The translations under genes were made by a program, and so were the position numbers. Below the pieces are notes generated by a model. The model was not told where the DNA came from and ran no database searches. It worked only from the letters and a program-made list of their open reading frames with translations. A stretch of 64,000 nucleotides of DNA from Candidatus Bathyarchaeota archaeon. GTDB lineage: Archaea; Thermoproteota; Bathyarchaeia; Bathyarchaeales; Bathycorpusculaceae. Of the stretch, positions 34,969-46,027 are shown in pieces (position 1 is the stretch's first letter; every line of letters starts with the position of its first letter). The stretch spans positions 906,560 to 970,559 of the forward strand of contig CAWGZR010000005.1 of NCBI GenBank assembly GCA_963827165.1, in the 5' to 3' direction.

Positions 34969-35327
34969 CCTAGAAATTGCTTCAATCAGAATACAAATGG
35001 GCGTAAGTTATTCTTTTATCTCATTGTCTGATCCTTTCGTGGCGCAACGTACGCGACTATTTTATTTAACAGCCTGCACTAGAGCATGTTGCCTGTGAAG
35101 AAAAAACACGTTAATCGGAGAAAGGATTGGTTAGTCCTTTTGATGATGACAGTTAACAAATTCTGAGGCACACTAACTGGGGAAATTCAGAGTTACGTAT
35201 GCTGTGACTGCGTTCGCAGGTTTTCGTTATCAGCCATTTTTCTTTTGTTCTTGCCCTTTATAATTGAACTCGTAAGATATAATAGACAAGACTTGCATAA
35301 CGTATAAAAACACAAATCTGAGCGGAG

Positions 35328-35518
35328 GTGGAGAACTTAGGTCAAGGCAAAGGTGGCAGACGCCGAGCAAAAATCCAGGCAATCCTTCGGCCGGCGGAAG
35401 TGCTAACAACCTTAAAGTAAATCAAGATTCGCCCAAAGGATGTAAAGCTAAAAAAGTACATTATTCGAAAAAACTCGAACACCAAGGTGCCCAATAGGGC
35501 AGCCGAAGAAACAACATA
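35328..35518 (+). CDS. Possible small basic protein (frameshifted)
   Basis: GGAGG RBS and GQGKGGRRRAKIQAIL...KKYIIRK across frames; upstream TATA near 35258. Confidence 0.3.
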
Positions 35519-35659
35519 AAACGGACGTGAACCGGACAAACCCCGACTTACCGCTGCTAAGACTGTGGTCCCAGGTTTTCATGAAATCCAGAGAGGAATG
35601 ATCCCTTTCCCTATAGAGAATTCACCCAAAAATCATTTTTTTCCCGCTTGTTTTTGTAA

Positions 35660-35812
35660 CAGGCTTAGTAGGTTTCTGCTGCCGCGGATTCGAGCACATG
35701 TGAGGTGAGTCCTCCATGGTTTTGGAGTTCAGGAACAATTTCATCGTCGACCCCTTTATTCCCGATTAAGGCCTGAAAGAGGCAACTGAGCGGCGAAAGC
35801 CAAGTGCCCCAC
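35660..35812 (+). ncRNA. Candidate structured RNA
   Basis: Nested stems containing G-U pairs, plus a GGC-GAAA-GCC tetraloop (folded by eye). Confidence 0.35.
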
Positions 35813-35880
35813 CGTCAAAAGCGCCTTTTTTAGCGTTTTTAAGCAAAATTTCAGACGCAAATCTATGTTTGACAAAAATC

Positions 35881-35890
35881 TTATAAATAA
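35881..35890 (+). promoter_or_regulatory. BRE/TATA promoter of paralog 3
   Basis: caaaaatc-ttataaat; about 25-30 bp upstream of the leader hairpin. Confidence 0.55.
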
Positions 35891-35911
35891 AACGGGTAGG
35901 ATATTAGCGGC

Positions 35912-36011
35912 ATTGGGCAAGGGGTACAAACGTGTCGGCAGTGTTTTGCTTAACTCAGTCCCTTGATTGCTATTAGTCCACTCCATATCTTGTCTGTGCC
36001 TTTTGCTCAAT
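35912..36011 (+). ncRNA. Structured 5' leader of paralog 3
   Basis: 20-bp closing stem 35912-35931/35992-36011 with four G-U pairs and one mismatch. Confidence 0.55.
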
Positions 36012-36044
36012 AGAAAAATAAAACTGAATGGAGAAAAAAGAAAA

Positions 36045-38703
36045 ATGAAATTATCAAACAAAAACCAAAAAACTCTAACAATTGCTTTGATATTCACCCT
36101 CTCAATTTCCGCAGCATTCGCAATCATGCCAAGTACCAAAGCGCGCGACATTCAAGGAACAATCGCAACTTACGCGTATCTCCAAGCTGTCCCTCAGCAA
36201 GTAGGCATAGGTCAAAACGTCTTCCTCGTAATGTGGGTCGACAAACCTCCAACCACTGCCTTCGGACCGTTAGGCGATCGATGGGTAGGCCTTACTGTCA
36301 CTATAACGCAGCCAGACGGCAAACAAGTGGTCTTGGGGCCATACCAGTCTGATGATGCAGGCGGCTACACCGCTACTCTATACTCCGACCGAACTAGGTA
36401 ACTACACTGCAGTCTTTAACTTCCCTGGAGAGACACTGACAGGTGACCAGGGAAACCCAGGCGGCATGACGTTTTCCAATACCCAGGCAATCGGCGACGT
36501 TTTTGGTCCTTCTACTAGCGCAGCTGAGACCATCATGGTTACGCAAACTCCCGCAAGCACTCTTCCAGAGAATCCGCTTCCAACTAGTTACTGGCAGAAT
36601 CCAGTCGAAGCATTCAATCACAATTGGTATGCAATAGATGGCAACTGGCTCGGATTAGGAGATGTAGAATTCGCAAACACTGGCGACTATGCAGTCACCG
36701 GGAACTATAACCCATACACAACCGCACCAACCTCTGCACACATACTTTGGACTTCTCCCTTAATTCCAGGTTCACCAGGCGGTCAAATGGGCGGAGAATT
36801 CGGTGCCAGCGAGCAAGGCAACTACTACTCAGGATTCCAATATCAACCCAAGTTTTCACCGATAATCATCAACGGAATTCTCTACTATGATGCTGTCCCT
36901 ACCTACTCAAGTGGTGGAAGCTACCAAGGATGGGTTGCCAGAGACCTAAGAACAGGGCAAATTCTTTGGACAAAGAACTACATGAACTACTTCGCACCAG
37001 GCTCCTATGACCTCCTGATGTGCGGACAAGTATACGTGTATAAGTCACCGAACACTTACGGCGGACAAAGCTACCTATGGGCAACTAGAACAACAGGCGG
37101 AATAAACTACCTTGACCTATTTCGACGCGGCAACAGGAAACTACATACTAAGTATTAACGGCTCAGGACAGCGTCAGGATCTTTCGGCGTTACAAACATC
37201 GAAGGGGACAACGGCATCCTGTTGCAGTACTACACAAGTGTACAACGCCACTGGGGCTCAAACACTGAATTTCTGGAACTCTAGCGTTTGCCTAATAGGC
37301 GGAGGAGTTGATTTGGGATTCTCGACGCTAACACAAAACGAAGTAGTTCCCTACTCTAAAGGAGTAGTCTGGTCAATACCACTGCCAAACAGCTATCAAG
37401 GAGTTGCTTTCCCTGCAGGAGTTAGCTGGATACTTGACGAAGTCGGACACGCGGCAATAGATCCCAGACAATAACATAGCCATCTTAGGCGCAGGCGCTG
37501 GTGAGTATTCCATGTACTCATTTGCCACAGGCTGGGTTATGCGAGCAGCCTATAACCTGAATACTGGAGCGCAACTTTGGATGAAGAACCAAACCGAAAC
37601 CCCCTATTCAACAGTAATGGCCATACCAGGAGCTAACGATGGAGTCTACGTTGAGTATACCAAAGAAACGACAACATTTTCAGGTTACAGCACAACTACA
37701 GGACAGCAAGTGTGGGGTCCAACAACACCCTTCCAGAATCCTTTAGGCTACTACGACCAAACAAGTGGAGTATGCGCAGGCGGAGCTTTATACGCATGGA
37801 CATTCGGTGGTTGGATCTACAAATATAACATGACCACTGGCAGCCTCATCTGGAGCTTCACTGATGGAACCGCTGGAGAAAACACACCCTACGGCGTCAA
37901 TCCCTTCTGGATCATCGGCGACTACGAAGCCACACTTGCAGGCGGCATGCTCTTTGCAGAATCTGGACACTGCTACGGTCCGCCATTATTTAGCGGAGCA
38001 CGGCTTTACGCAATCAACGCAACAACTGGAAAACTAGTTTGGAGCATAATCAACTTCGACACTGGTTCATGCCCAGCAGTAGTCGACGGGCAACTCTTGG
38101 CTTTCAACGCATACGACAACCAAATATACTCATACGGCGTAGGCCCCAGCAAAACAACAATTAGCGCACCTTCCGTCGGAGCAACAACATCCACTCCAGT
38201 AACCCTTACTGGAAGAGTCACCGACATCTCTTCAGGTTCGCAGCAGACAGCAGTCGCAGCAAACTTCCCCAATGGATTGCCATGTAGTCTCAGACGCTAG
38301 CATGGAACAGTTTATGGAAGCCGTTTATGAGCAAGAACCAATGCCGAGCAACACAACTGGAGTTCCAGTTACTTTCACAGTCTTAGACAGCAATAATAAC
38401 CTCCGATCAATAGGCTCGACAACCACAAACGCTCTAGGCGACTACTCATTCACGTGGAAACCTGACATTGCAGGCAACTACACCATATACGCAACCTTTG
38501 CCGGCACACCATCATACTATGGATCATCTGCCTCCACAGGATTCTATGCAAGCTCACCAGCAGCAACAACCGCACCAACATCAACACCTCTAACTGGCTT
38601 AGCCTCAAACAACACAGTCATGTACGGAATCGTAGCGGTAATCATCGTGATAATCATTATCGGCGCTGCAATCATGTTGATGCTCAGCAGAAAACGACCA
38701 TAA
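36045..38703 (+). CDS. PQQ-type beta-propeller surface protein (paralog 3; multiple frameshifts)
   Basis: Five consecutive ORF pieces rebuild the family architecture; ends in TM plus RKRP. Confidence 0.82.
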
Positions 38704-38880
38704 ACTTAAGAAGCAAAAACAAACCAACCCTTTTTTTCTTTTTTAATGACTTAAACCAGAATTCAAACAATCAAATTTAACCTTTTTCATCCGGCTTTAG
38801 GTGCTTGATCTCTCGTTATAATTCTGTCTTTGCAAAAAAAAAACTGAACAGGAATCACCTGCTCTTAGCAATAATGTTCA

Positions 38881-38920
38881 CGTGAAGGGGATTTGAAACC
38901 TTGGGCTGTCCGAGTGACCC
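38881..38920 (-). repeat. Degenerate tRNA-derived fragment
   Basis: gaaggggatttgaaacc T-arm reverse complement. Confidence 0.4.
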
Positions 38921-39045
38921 CGTGAGTCAATCCGTGTTTTCAAAAAATGTTAATACCTAATAGTGGTTACTTGATTGCATTCAACTGGTCCATCGCATTT
39001 GTGATGCACCGGTGCCTACAGAGAAACGGAGAGTTTCTTTATGAT

Positions 39046-39177
39046 TTAACTTTTGCAGTCAACTAAATGGGCTGTGCCGTCTGGACAAAAGACTTTTTCG
39101 CCTACGCAAACACGTGTGAAACGTCGTTTGCATTCAGAGAGTTGGTTTTCGCATCCGTCACAATCACGAGATAGCAT
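39046..39177 (-). CDS. Small Cys-rich (Zn-binding?) protein, 43 aa
   Basis: MLSRDCDGC...C...C..C.DG.AH; GGGGTGA RBS. Confidence 0.6.
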   Translation of the reverse strand: MLSRDCDGCENQLSECKRRFTRVCVGEKVFCPDGTAHLVDCKS

Positions 39178-39419
39178 CCTGTCACCCCACATTAGTATGA
39201 ATTCGTAAGTAATGTTATATCTGAGAGATAAAGATTGCCCTACGCCGGATTCATTCCGGAAAAACAAAGAGCATTGACGATCTTGGAATCGATGAGCTCA
39301 AGATCCAAATGAGGCATCAAATGCAAAATTAGAATGCCATCAAGAACTCGACAATAATTGAATAGCAAACTTTAAAACGCTCATCTAAACAAAGCAAACC
39401 CAATTCGAGGAAAATCGCG

Positions 39420-39650
39420 AGATTGTAGTATAAGTGGCTTGTGCTGACGGTAACTACAATCGGCGTCCTCTGGCTGGGATAGACGCGAGAATCGTAATCA
39501 TAGGGTTACCGTAGGTTATTCACGCCCTTGTCGCCGATGCAGAGCAAGTAATCTGGATAAGCCAAGCATACATGCTGGGCACAATAACGATTCTGCTGTT
39601 GGTGGGGCACTTCGCAGACCTCTTCCGAAGCAAACGCGTCTATTCAAGAA
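39420..39650 (+). pseudogene. MFS (DHA2-type) transporter N-terminal fragment
   Basis: YKWLVLTVTTIGVL-AGIDARIVIIGLP*...WISQAYML...G.FADLF..KRVY with an in-frame stop, frameshifts and truncation. Confidence 0.75.
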
Positions 39651-40061
39651 CTTCTTTTTTAGAATTCTTAAACCACAGCAAGCATGAGTGGACTGAACCG
39701 AAACGTGCCAAGCCTCGACACGCAATATCTCAGCACTTATGCGCTCGTTTAAGCGCCAATACAATAATCGTAATTGAATGTCGCTGTAGCTTCACAGTCA
39801 CATAATCTTAAATATATTTTTTAGCAAGAATAATGATCGTCGGAGAGCAAGTTAAGGATTAAAAAATTCCGCCGCTATCATAATAAGTCTATCATTCTTC
39901 TGGGCATTGCAAAGTTAAGAGAACATGGAAATAATGATCGATTTGAAGCGTGATTCAGCGAATCCGTGTGACTCAAATCAGCACATTTTAGTTCTACAGC
40001 TTTTCCTTGCCTTCAAACGAATCAAATAAGCTAATTCAAAAAGAAATATTAGGAAAAAACC

Positions 40062-41402
40062 ATGAAGAAACTACAAATTCTAATAACTGTATTATTAATT
40101 TCGCTATTAATCTGCGCCTTCTCGAGTTGTGTTTTGAAGGGTCCAGTTACGGTAACTGGTGCGGGTGCGCCAGCGGCGACTTCAACTCCAAGTCCCTCGT
40201 CGTCTCCAACTCCAACGCCATCTCCTACTCCCTCTGCTACTCCTATTCCCTCTGCTACTCCTTCTCCCTCTTCTACTCCTACGGCTAGCCCTAAGCCATC
40301 CTCAACGCCAACTCCAACTCCCTCGCCGTCCCCGACTCCTTCACCATCTCCTACCCCTACGTCTACTCCTAAGCCAACTCCAACACCATCATCATCTCCA
40401 ACCCCTTCGCCCTCTCCCATTCCTACGTCTACTCCTAAGCCGACTCCATCCCCCTCTCCAACTCCTTCTCTCTCTCCTACTCCTACAGCTAGTCCTAAGC
40501 CATCTTCAACTCCAACTCCATCTCCTACTCCTTCACCATCTCCCTCTCCAACTCCCTCGGCTACTCCTAAGCCGACTCCATCTCCCTCTCCAACTCCTTC
40601 TCCATCTCCTACGGCTAGTCCTAAGCCATCTCCAACGCCAACTCCGACTCCCTCGCCGTCTCCCACTCCCTCCGCTAGTCCTAAGCCAACCCCAACATCA
40701 ACTACAACTCCAACCCCACCAACGCCAACACCAACAGCAAGCTCTAACCCAACACAAACGCCAGCACCAACACCATCCCCATCTCCAATTTCAACGCCGT
40801 CTCCTACCCCCTCTGTTACTCCTTCTCCCTCTCCGACTCCTTCGCCGTCTCCTACTCCTACGGCTAGTCCTAAGCCATCATCAACGCCAACTCCAACTCC
40901 TTCTCCATCTCCGACTCCTTCGGCAACAATTGTACCAGTGACGATAGTAGGAGGTGCTACCATTGAGGTCGCCGTCAGTGGGAATATAACCAGTCCACAA
41001 ATATCTCATGCCACCATCACCTCAAACCAACCCACCAAAACAACTACAATGGCTTTCACAATAACAGGACCAGACGGAACAGCAGGCCTCGGCAATATTA
41101 CCATTCCAAAAACCGACATTTCTTATGGGATAAACCCAGTCGTATACATAAACGGTCGGCAGGCTCTAAACCAGGGTTATACGCAAGACGTCAATAACTT
41201 CTACATATGGTATACAACTTTCTTTGACACAAATCTCGTAAATGGAGTTTCTCAAGTGACAGTGCAATTCTTTTTGCCCTCACCGTTGGCATCTAGCTCA
41301 ATGGGACCTGCACTTGCCATGGGCATAGTTGTCCCCGAAATCATTCTAATCTTCGCGGTTATAGCGGTAACGCGTTTTAGACGAAAACCTGAAGAATTAT
41401 AA
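40062..41402 (+). CDS. Surface protein with long Pro/Ser/Thr linker and C-terminal TM
   Basis: Signal peptide, about 250-aa PTPSP repeats, G..G..NITIPK domain, TM plus RRK. Confidence 0.85.
   Translation: MKKLQILITVLLISLLICAFSSCVLKGPVTVTGAGAPAATSTPSPSSSPTPTPSPTPSATPIPSATPSPSSTPTASPKPSSTPTPTPSPSPTPSPSPTPTSTPKPTPTPSSSPTPSPSPIPTSTPKPTPSPSPTPSLSPTPTASPKPSSTPTPSPTPSPSPSPTPSATPKPTPSPSPTPSPSPTASPKPSPTPTPTPSPSPTPSASPKPTPTSTTTPTPPTPTPTASSNPTQTPAPTPSPSPISTPSPTPSVTPSPSPTPSPSPTPTASPKPSSTPTPTPSPSPTPSATIVPVTIVGGATIEVAVSGNITSPQISHATITSNQPTKTTTMAFTITGPDGTAGLGNITIPKTDISYGINPVVYINGRQALNQGYTQDVNNFYIWYTTFFDTNLVNGVSQVTVQFFLPSPLASSSMGPALAMGIVVPEIILIFAVIAVTRFRRKPEEL
40176..40930 (+). repeat. Intragenic degenerate tandem repeat ([24 protein letters not shown] units)
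   Basis: Recurrent cctaagcc / acggctagtcctaagcc units. Confidence 0.85.
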
Positions 41403-41656
41403 TCACGCTGCCTTTCGTCGATATTGTTTAATTTGTAAGAGAATCGGCGTTAATCCGTCGAATTGATTTTGCGAATCTTTGGTTGGGCAAAGGGCACTTC
41501 TTTTGGAAGTTCAAGTTGGAACCGTCTACGGAAAAGGGGGCCCAGAATGGGTCTGCTGCAGAATTAACCCCAGCATTCCCGAGATGTTTAGACTACTTTG
41601 GCTGACAGCAAAAACTGAAGAATTGAGGAAACATAGCAACGAGTTTAGACTGCCTT

Positions 41657-41853
41657 GTTGACTGGGGGGATTTGAACCCCGAGAAAATGGAGATATTACC
41701 CGCAAAACCCCTTTTTCCCTTTTGGTCTTCTAAAATCATGGAAAAATGACGAGATGGAAGGAATGGGCGCTGATAGGGCTCTGGTTAAATTCAATACAAC
41801 TGCAATTAAAGAGCTTCCGTTTTCTTCTTTAGTTTCTAGAACCTCAGCAAACC
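41657..41853. repeat. Full A+C composite repeat (tRNA-Ala-like 3' end plus MITE-like module)
   Basis: gactggggggatttgaacccc-gagaaaatggagatattacccgcaaaacccctttt...gctgatagggctctggttaa...ctgcaatt...acctcagcaaacc; colinear with 52855-53072. Confidence 0.8.
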
Positions 41854-42023
41854 GACAAATCTACTGTTTTGTTTTTGACTGATTGCTTTTCAGATTCAAG
41901 AATTATCCCAATATCACTGTTTTTTCTATGATGAAGCGATGGTGCTTGAAAATCGCTAAAGCTCACGTATATCGCTGCGTATTAAGAACATTTAAAAGGC
42001 AAAAATAAACCTAAACGGGATAA

Positions 42024-42089
42024 GGACAAGTGAGTGGTTTGGCTTCTTTTAATCTCCCTTCTCCCCCATCCAAACCACTTTCTTGCTCC
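42024..42089 (-). ncRNA. Candidate small hairpin RNA
   Basis: TATA-like cttaaat at 42111-42117, a stem of about 17 bp with a 27-nt purine loop, and a T-rich tail. Confidence 0.4.
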
Positions 42090-42274
42090 ATTTACTATAT
42101 CCCGCTGCAGATTTAAGATTTATCATCCATGAAAAAAAGGCCAAATTTTCTTGCTTCAGGATGGAAATGGAAGTTACGTGGCCTTTTCGATCTGCTTTTT
42201 GTCTCGAAAAGGTTCATATGGTAAGAAAGCAGTTAAAAAAGCAATGACCATTGATAATGCTGATGCAAGCCCAA

Positions 42275-42430
42275 TTATGCTTTAAATGCTTGACAATAGC
42301 AACCCTTGATTTGACAACTTCCATTCTTGCTATGCCCCTTATACCTATGACCGCAATTTGAACATTTGTCAAAAGGTCGCCCATCATCACTATTGTTCAA
42401 AACAAGATAATCTAACATAGCGTTTGCCAT
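42275..42430 (-). CDS. Small Cys/His metal-binding protein, 51 aa
   Basis: Manual translation ...CSNCGHRYKGHSKNGSCQIKGCYCQAFKA. Confidence 0.65.
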   Translation of the reverse strand: MANAMLDYLVLNNSDDGRPFDKCSNCGHRYKGHSKNGSCQIKGCYCQAFKA

Positions 42431-42765
42431 CTATAATTCCCTTATTATTCCAAGTTCTATAATCTATTTCATTTTGTGGATTTAAAAGGTTTAAGCCAAG
42501 TAGATAACAAGAAGCATTGGCTAAGGACTAACTCTTTTAGAAATTGCTCAAGAGTTTATGTTTCAGTGAGTGAAGATTTGACATAATCCACTTTAGAAAT
42601 ATGCCTTTTATGTCGTGGAATCAACTTTCTTATTTGAGGAGAAAGGAGAGCTTCTCAGAAAGGAGAAAGGGGAAATTCCCCATCATTACTTTTAGCAATT
42701 AGAAGTCTTTAGACTATCATAAGAAGGTGAAGCTAGACAAAACCTTTGCTTGTCAGCTGCTTTCT

Positions 42766-43458
42766 CTAAGTAGAGTTTACAGTAAAATTAGCTGACCCTG
42801 CTTCATTTGCGTGGTCAATGTGTTGATTTGCCTCCGTCACTACAAAAACTCCCAAGTTGTAAGAACCATTTGACAATCCATCGATTGTTGTATTGCCTTG
42901 GAACCAAGTCCAGTTTCCTCCATTCAGCTTATAATAAGAGTAAATGATCTTGGAATTGGTGTAATAAGTTATGTTTATTTTATTGGTGTTGTAGGTTTGG
43001 TTTTCTGGAGAAATTATGGTAAGCATCGGATACTTGAATGAAGTATCGATTGTAAATGTTTCGTTTTCAGGTGTACGTATGCTTCCATCGGCATAATGGT
43101 CTGTTATAGTGAATGCGTAATTTCCATTAGATAGGTTTGTTAAAGTTTTATCAATAATATATTCAGAAGAAAAAGGAATATGCGTCATAACTGAACTGTC
43201 AACCACCTTATGATCGCTATTAGTTACTATGTAGGTACAATAGAGTACCATCCCTCGGGCAGGGGTATAACCCATTGAAATGTGTACTGTTGTTGAATTA
43301 GTGGTATGGAATGGCTCGCTGTACATGTCAAATTCATCTCCACCATAACCCGGACCTGTACCACCAGTTGAAAAATCAATGATGAAACCAAGGAAAGCGA
43401 CAAGAACACTTAAAATAATTAATAGTGCTAATGCGATAATAGCTTCTTTCTTTTTCAA
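42766..43458 (-). CDS. Membrane-anchored Ig-like domain protein
   Basis: N-terminal TM; LTNLSNGNY, IISPENQTY, GNTTIDGLSNGSY repeats. Confidence 0.7.
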   Translation of the reverse strand: MKKKEAIIALALLIILSVLVAFLGFIIDFSTGGTGPGYGGDEFDMYSEPFHTTNSTTVHISMGYTPARGMVLYCTYIVTNSDHKVVDSSVMTHIPFSSEYIIDKTLTNLSNGNYAFTITDHYADGSIRTPENETFTIDTSFKYPMLTIISPENQTYNTNKINITYYTNSKIIYSYYKLNGGNWTWFQGNTTIDGLSNGSYNLGVFVVTEANQHIDHANEAGSANFTVNST

Positions 43459-43770
43459 AGGGACTAATTGTTTGTATGCGTGTTTTCTTAATTAGATTTT
43501 CCTTGCTAATAGCAGGATTGCCGGTTGGTTTGTTAGCTTTTAGGTTTAAGCCTACCACGTAACTAGTAAATTCAATTAGGGGCTAATGCATTTGCCGGAT
43601 TAGACTAGGCTTTCCTTCTTGCACAACAGTTAGAACAGAAAATAGATGTTTGGGGCATTAATCCAGTGCAATAAGAACCTGATATCAAAACAATCTCGAA
43701 CAGCCTCTTTGACATGAGTGTTGAAACTATTGGTTTTTTGATTATAACATTATAGCTTCCACCGTTATTT

Positions 43771-43944
43771 TCAGAAAACGTCTGCCTTAGCAAGAGTAAG
43801 GTCCTCAAAGATTCTTTCTACTGTTTCTTTCCGTACTCCCTTTCGTTCTAAAATTTCAGATAATTGTTCTAAACTAAAGTAGTTATTACACCTAGGGCAC
43901 TCCACAAAAATATCCTTATAATTAGTTTTTAATCCCTTTTTCAA
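43771..43944 (-). CDS. Small CxxC protein, 57 aa
   Basis: Manual translation MKKGLKTNYKDIFVECPRCNNYF...; GGTGGTGA RBS. Confidence 0.5.
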   Translation of the reverse strand: MKKGLKTNYKDIFVECPRCNNYFSLEQLSEILERKGVRKETVERIFEDLTLAKADVF

Positions 43945-44122
43945 AAACTCACCACCTTCTAAATATCCTTTGTTAACTTAAGCTATTACGCTTTTTCTTG
44001 AACGTCAGACAACAAAGGTTATCCGCACGCGCTCGGTATGCTCTTTTTGAATTGTGTGGGCTTTCTTTGGGGAATCCCTTAAATCAAGAATGAACAATAT
44101 TTTTCTGTTCAGGGCTGTCTTG

Positions 44123-44431
44123 ATGGCTGTCAATGTTCGCCAATTGAAATACCTACTCGGATGGTTAATTGCGGGTTCAAGAGGCGGCCCGATGCGTGCC
44201 AAAGTAATTGAGATTCTAAGGCAAACCCCACAAAACGCAAATCAGCTTGCTGACACCCTAAATGTTGACTACAAAACAATTCGGCATCACGTAGGACTTT
44301 TAGAAAAAAACAATATGATTACATCATCAGGAGCATCGGGTGGATATGCTGTAACATATTTTTTGTCTCCCGCTTTAGAAGACAATTATGCAGTGTTTGA
44401 AGATATTAGGAAAAGAATGGGGCAAAAGTAG
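44123..44431 (+). CDS. ArsR-like winged-helix regulator
   Basis: GSRGGPMRAKVI...NANQLA..L.VDYKTIRHH. Confidence 0.85.
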   Translation: MAVNVRQLKYLLGWLIAGSRGGPMRAKVIEILRQTPQNANQLADTLNVDYKTIRHHVGLLEKNNMITSSGASGGYAVTYFLSPALEDNYAVFEDIRKRMGQK

Positions 44432-44449
44432 AAAAGGGAGAAAAAGAAC

Positions 44450-44920
44450 ATGCAAAAACGTATGTACAGAAACTCGAAAATCATTTTCCTAATGGCAGTT
44501 GTAATTGCAGTAATTATAGGGACTGCCCTTTTGGCATCGTATGCGTTTATCAAGCCATTTAGCCCCTTCACTCCAATCCCACCGCCTACTTTTGGTCAAG
44601 GTAATCAACCTCCTGCTCAGGGTTTGCCAGGGGATCTTCAACTGTTTTATGCTGTAGAAGTCGTAATCTCCTCAGTTAACATTACGCTTCTTGTGTTTCT
44701 CCTATTCACTAATGCGGACATTTTTAGGAAGAGTCGGTCGAAATTCACATTTGGGCTGCTCATTTTCTCAGCTGCCTTCCTTTTCAAAGATCTAACTTCC
44801 AGCCCATTAGTAATTAGGGCTTTTGGGTTTCATCAAGTGGGTTTAGGTCCTTTCGCGTTTGTGCCAGACTTGTTTGAGTTGGTTGTCTTGGTTGCCCTGG
44901 TTTATCTTAGCAACGAATAG
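44450..44920 (+). CDS. Four-TM membrane protein
   Basis: Hydrophobic segments; co-transcribed with the wHTH gene. Confidence 0.7.
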   Translation: MQKRMYRNSKIIFLMAVVIAVIIGTALLASYAFIKPFSPFTPIPPPTFGQGNQPPAQGLPGDLQLFYAVEVVISSVNITLLVFLLFTNADIFRKSRSKFTFGLLIFSAAFLFKDLTSSPLVIRAFGFHQVGLGPFAFVPDLFELVVLVALVYLSNE

Positions 44921-45220
44921 GCCAGCTCCCAGTTTCGATTAATTTGTGGTTTCCTATGATTCCCCAGTGATGTCTTGTTAGCAAGCAAAATTAATGAAAA
45001 GATTTAGTTAGTTAACGTAATTGTACCGTTGAGATACGTCTCTCAGTTTATCGATCATTATCTCAAAGTTTTTGTCATTAATTGTTGCTATATTTGGAAG
45101 TGAGTTGGAAACGAGTTAGAATACTTGTGGTTCGGATGTTGAAAAATCGTTTAATAAAAGATTGAGCCAGTTGTCTTTTCAGACAATAAACGGAGGCGAC
45201 AAAAAATAGAACGAAAAAAT

Positions 45221-45829
45221 TTGGCGTTGGCATTGCTGTTAATAACAGCATGCGCCACAATCATCGGTGGATTCATAGTGACAGCACACGCAAATAACGC
45301 AAACTCAACCACTTCTTCAACAACAAGCTCTACAAACGCCATCGCATCAGAAATCAATGCCACTAACCCCCAACAACTGGGAATGAATGGCATGAACAAT
45401 GGTAATCAGGGATTTGGCGGACCAATGGGACAGAACGGAAACATGGGGCAGTCAATGAGCGGACCAATGGGAACAGGCGATAACATGAATGGATTCATGG
45501 GCAGCATGAGTGGCTTCGAAGTCAGCTCAGCCTACACAGCTAACGTAACAGCTATATTGGACAGCGACACAAACGTTGCGAAATTAATTTCGGAAGGCTA
45601 TAACGTAACATCAATCAACCCCATAATACAAAATGTCATCAACGGCGACGGAACAATCACAATGCAGGCAACCACAGCGATAGTCACATTGCAAGATGGC
45701 ACCTCTGGATACGCAACAGCGCACGTAGACCTTACCTCTGGAACAGTCACCAAAATAGTCATCATCACCAGAACTGAAATAGACAATACAACCACCAGCA
45801 CAACCAATTCAACAAACACCACCAGCTAG
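45221..45829 (+). CDS. Secreted protein with Gly/Met-rich segment
   Basis: Signal peptide, GMNG/GPMG repeats; followed by a hairpin. Confidence 0.7.
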   Translation: MALALLLITACATIIGGFIVTAHANNANSTTSSTTSSTNAIASEINATNPQQLGMNGMNNGNQGFGGPMGQNGNMGQSMSGPMGTGDNMNGFMGSMSGFEVSSAYTANVTAILDSDTNVAKLISEGYNVTSINPIIQNVINGDGTITMQATTAIVTLQDGTSGYATAHVDLTSGTVTKIVIITRTEIDNTTTSTTNSTNTTS

Positions 45830-45842
45830 ACGTGAAACTCAA

Positions 45843-45880
45843 TTGGAAGGGATAGTTCGACTACAACTATCTCCTTCTCA
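45843..45880 (+). terminator. Hairpin after 45829
   Basis: gaagggatagtt...aactatctccttc inverted repeat. Confidence 0.5.
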
Positions 45881-45919
45881 ACCATTTCTGCCTGATGACA
45901 AAAACGCTAACTAAGAAGT

Positions 45920-46027
45920 GGGGGGCTGACAAGACTCCAGATAAATTACGATTAACGCAATCGTGATGGCGCTTTTGCATTTGCGCTCTTTTCTCCTTAA
46001 AATTTTTTGGAGTCTCAGCAAACCCTC
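45920..46027. mobile_element. MITE-like module C copy
   Basis: Imperfect terminal inverted repeats ggggctgacaagactcca / tggagtctcagcaaaccc. Confidence 0.6.

Noticed and set aside
35520-35830. RNase P or SRP RNA, or a group II intron
   Set aside because: The conserved GAGGAAAGUCC, SRP helix 8 and domain V motifs were not found on either strand.
40049-40963. Gly/Val-rich antisense ORF and Leu-rich alternate-frame ORF
   Set aside because: These are shadows of the Pro/Ser/Thr repeat gene.
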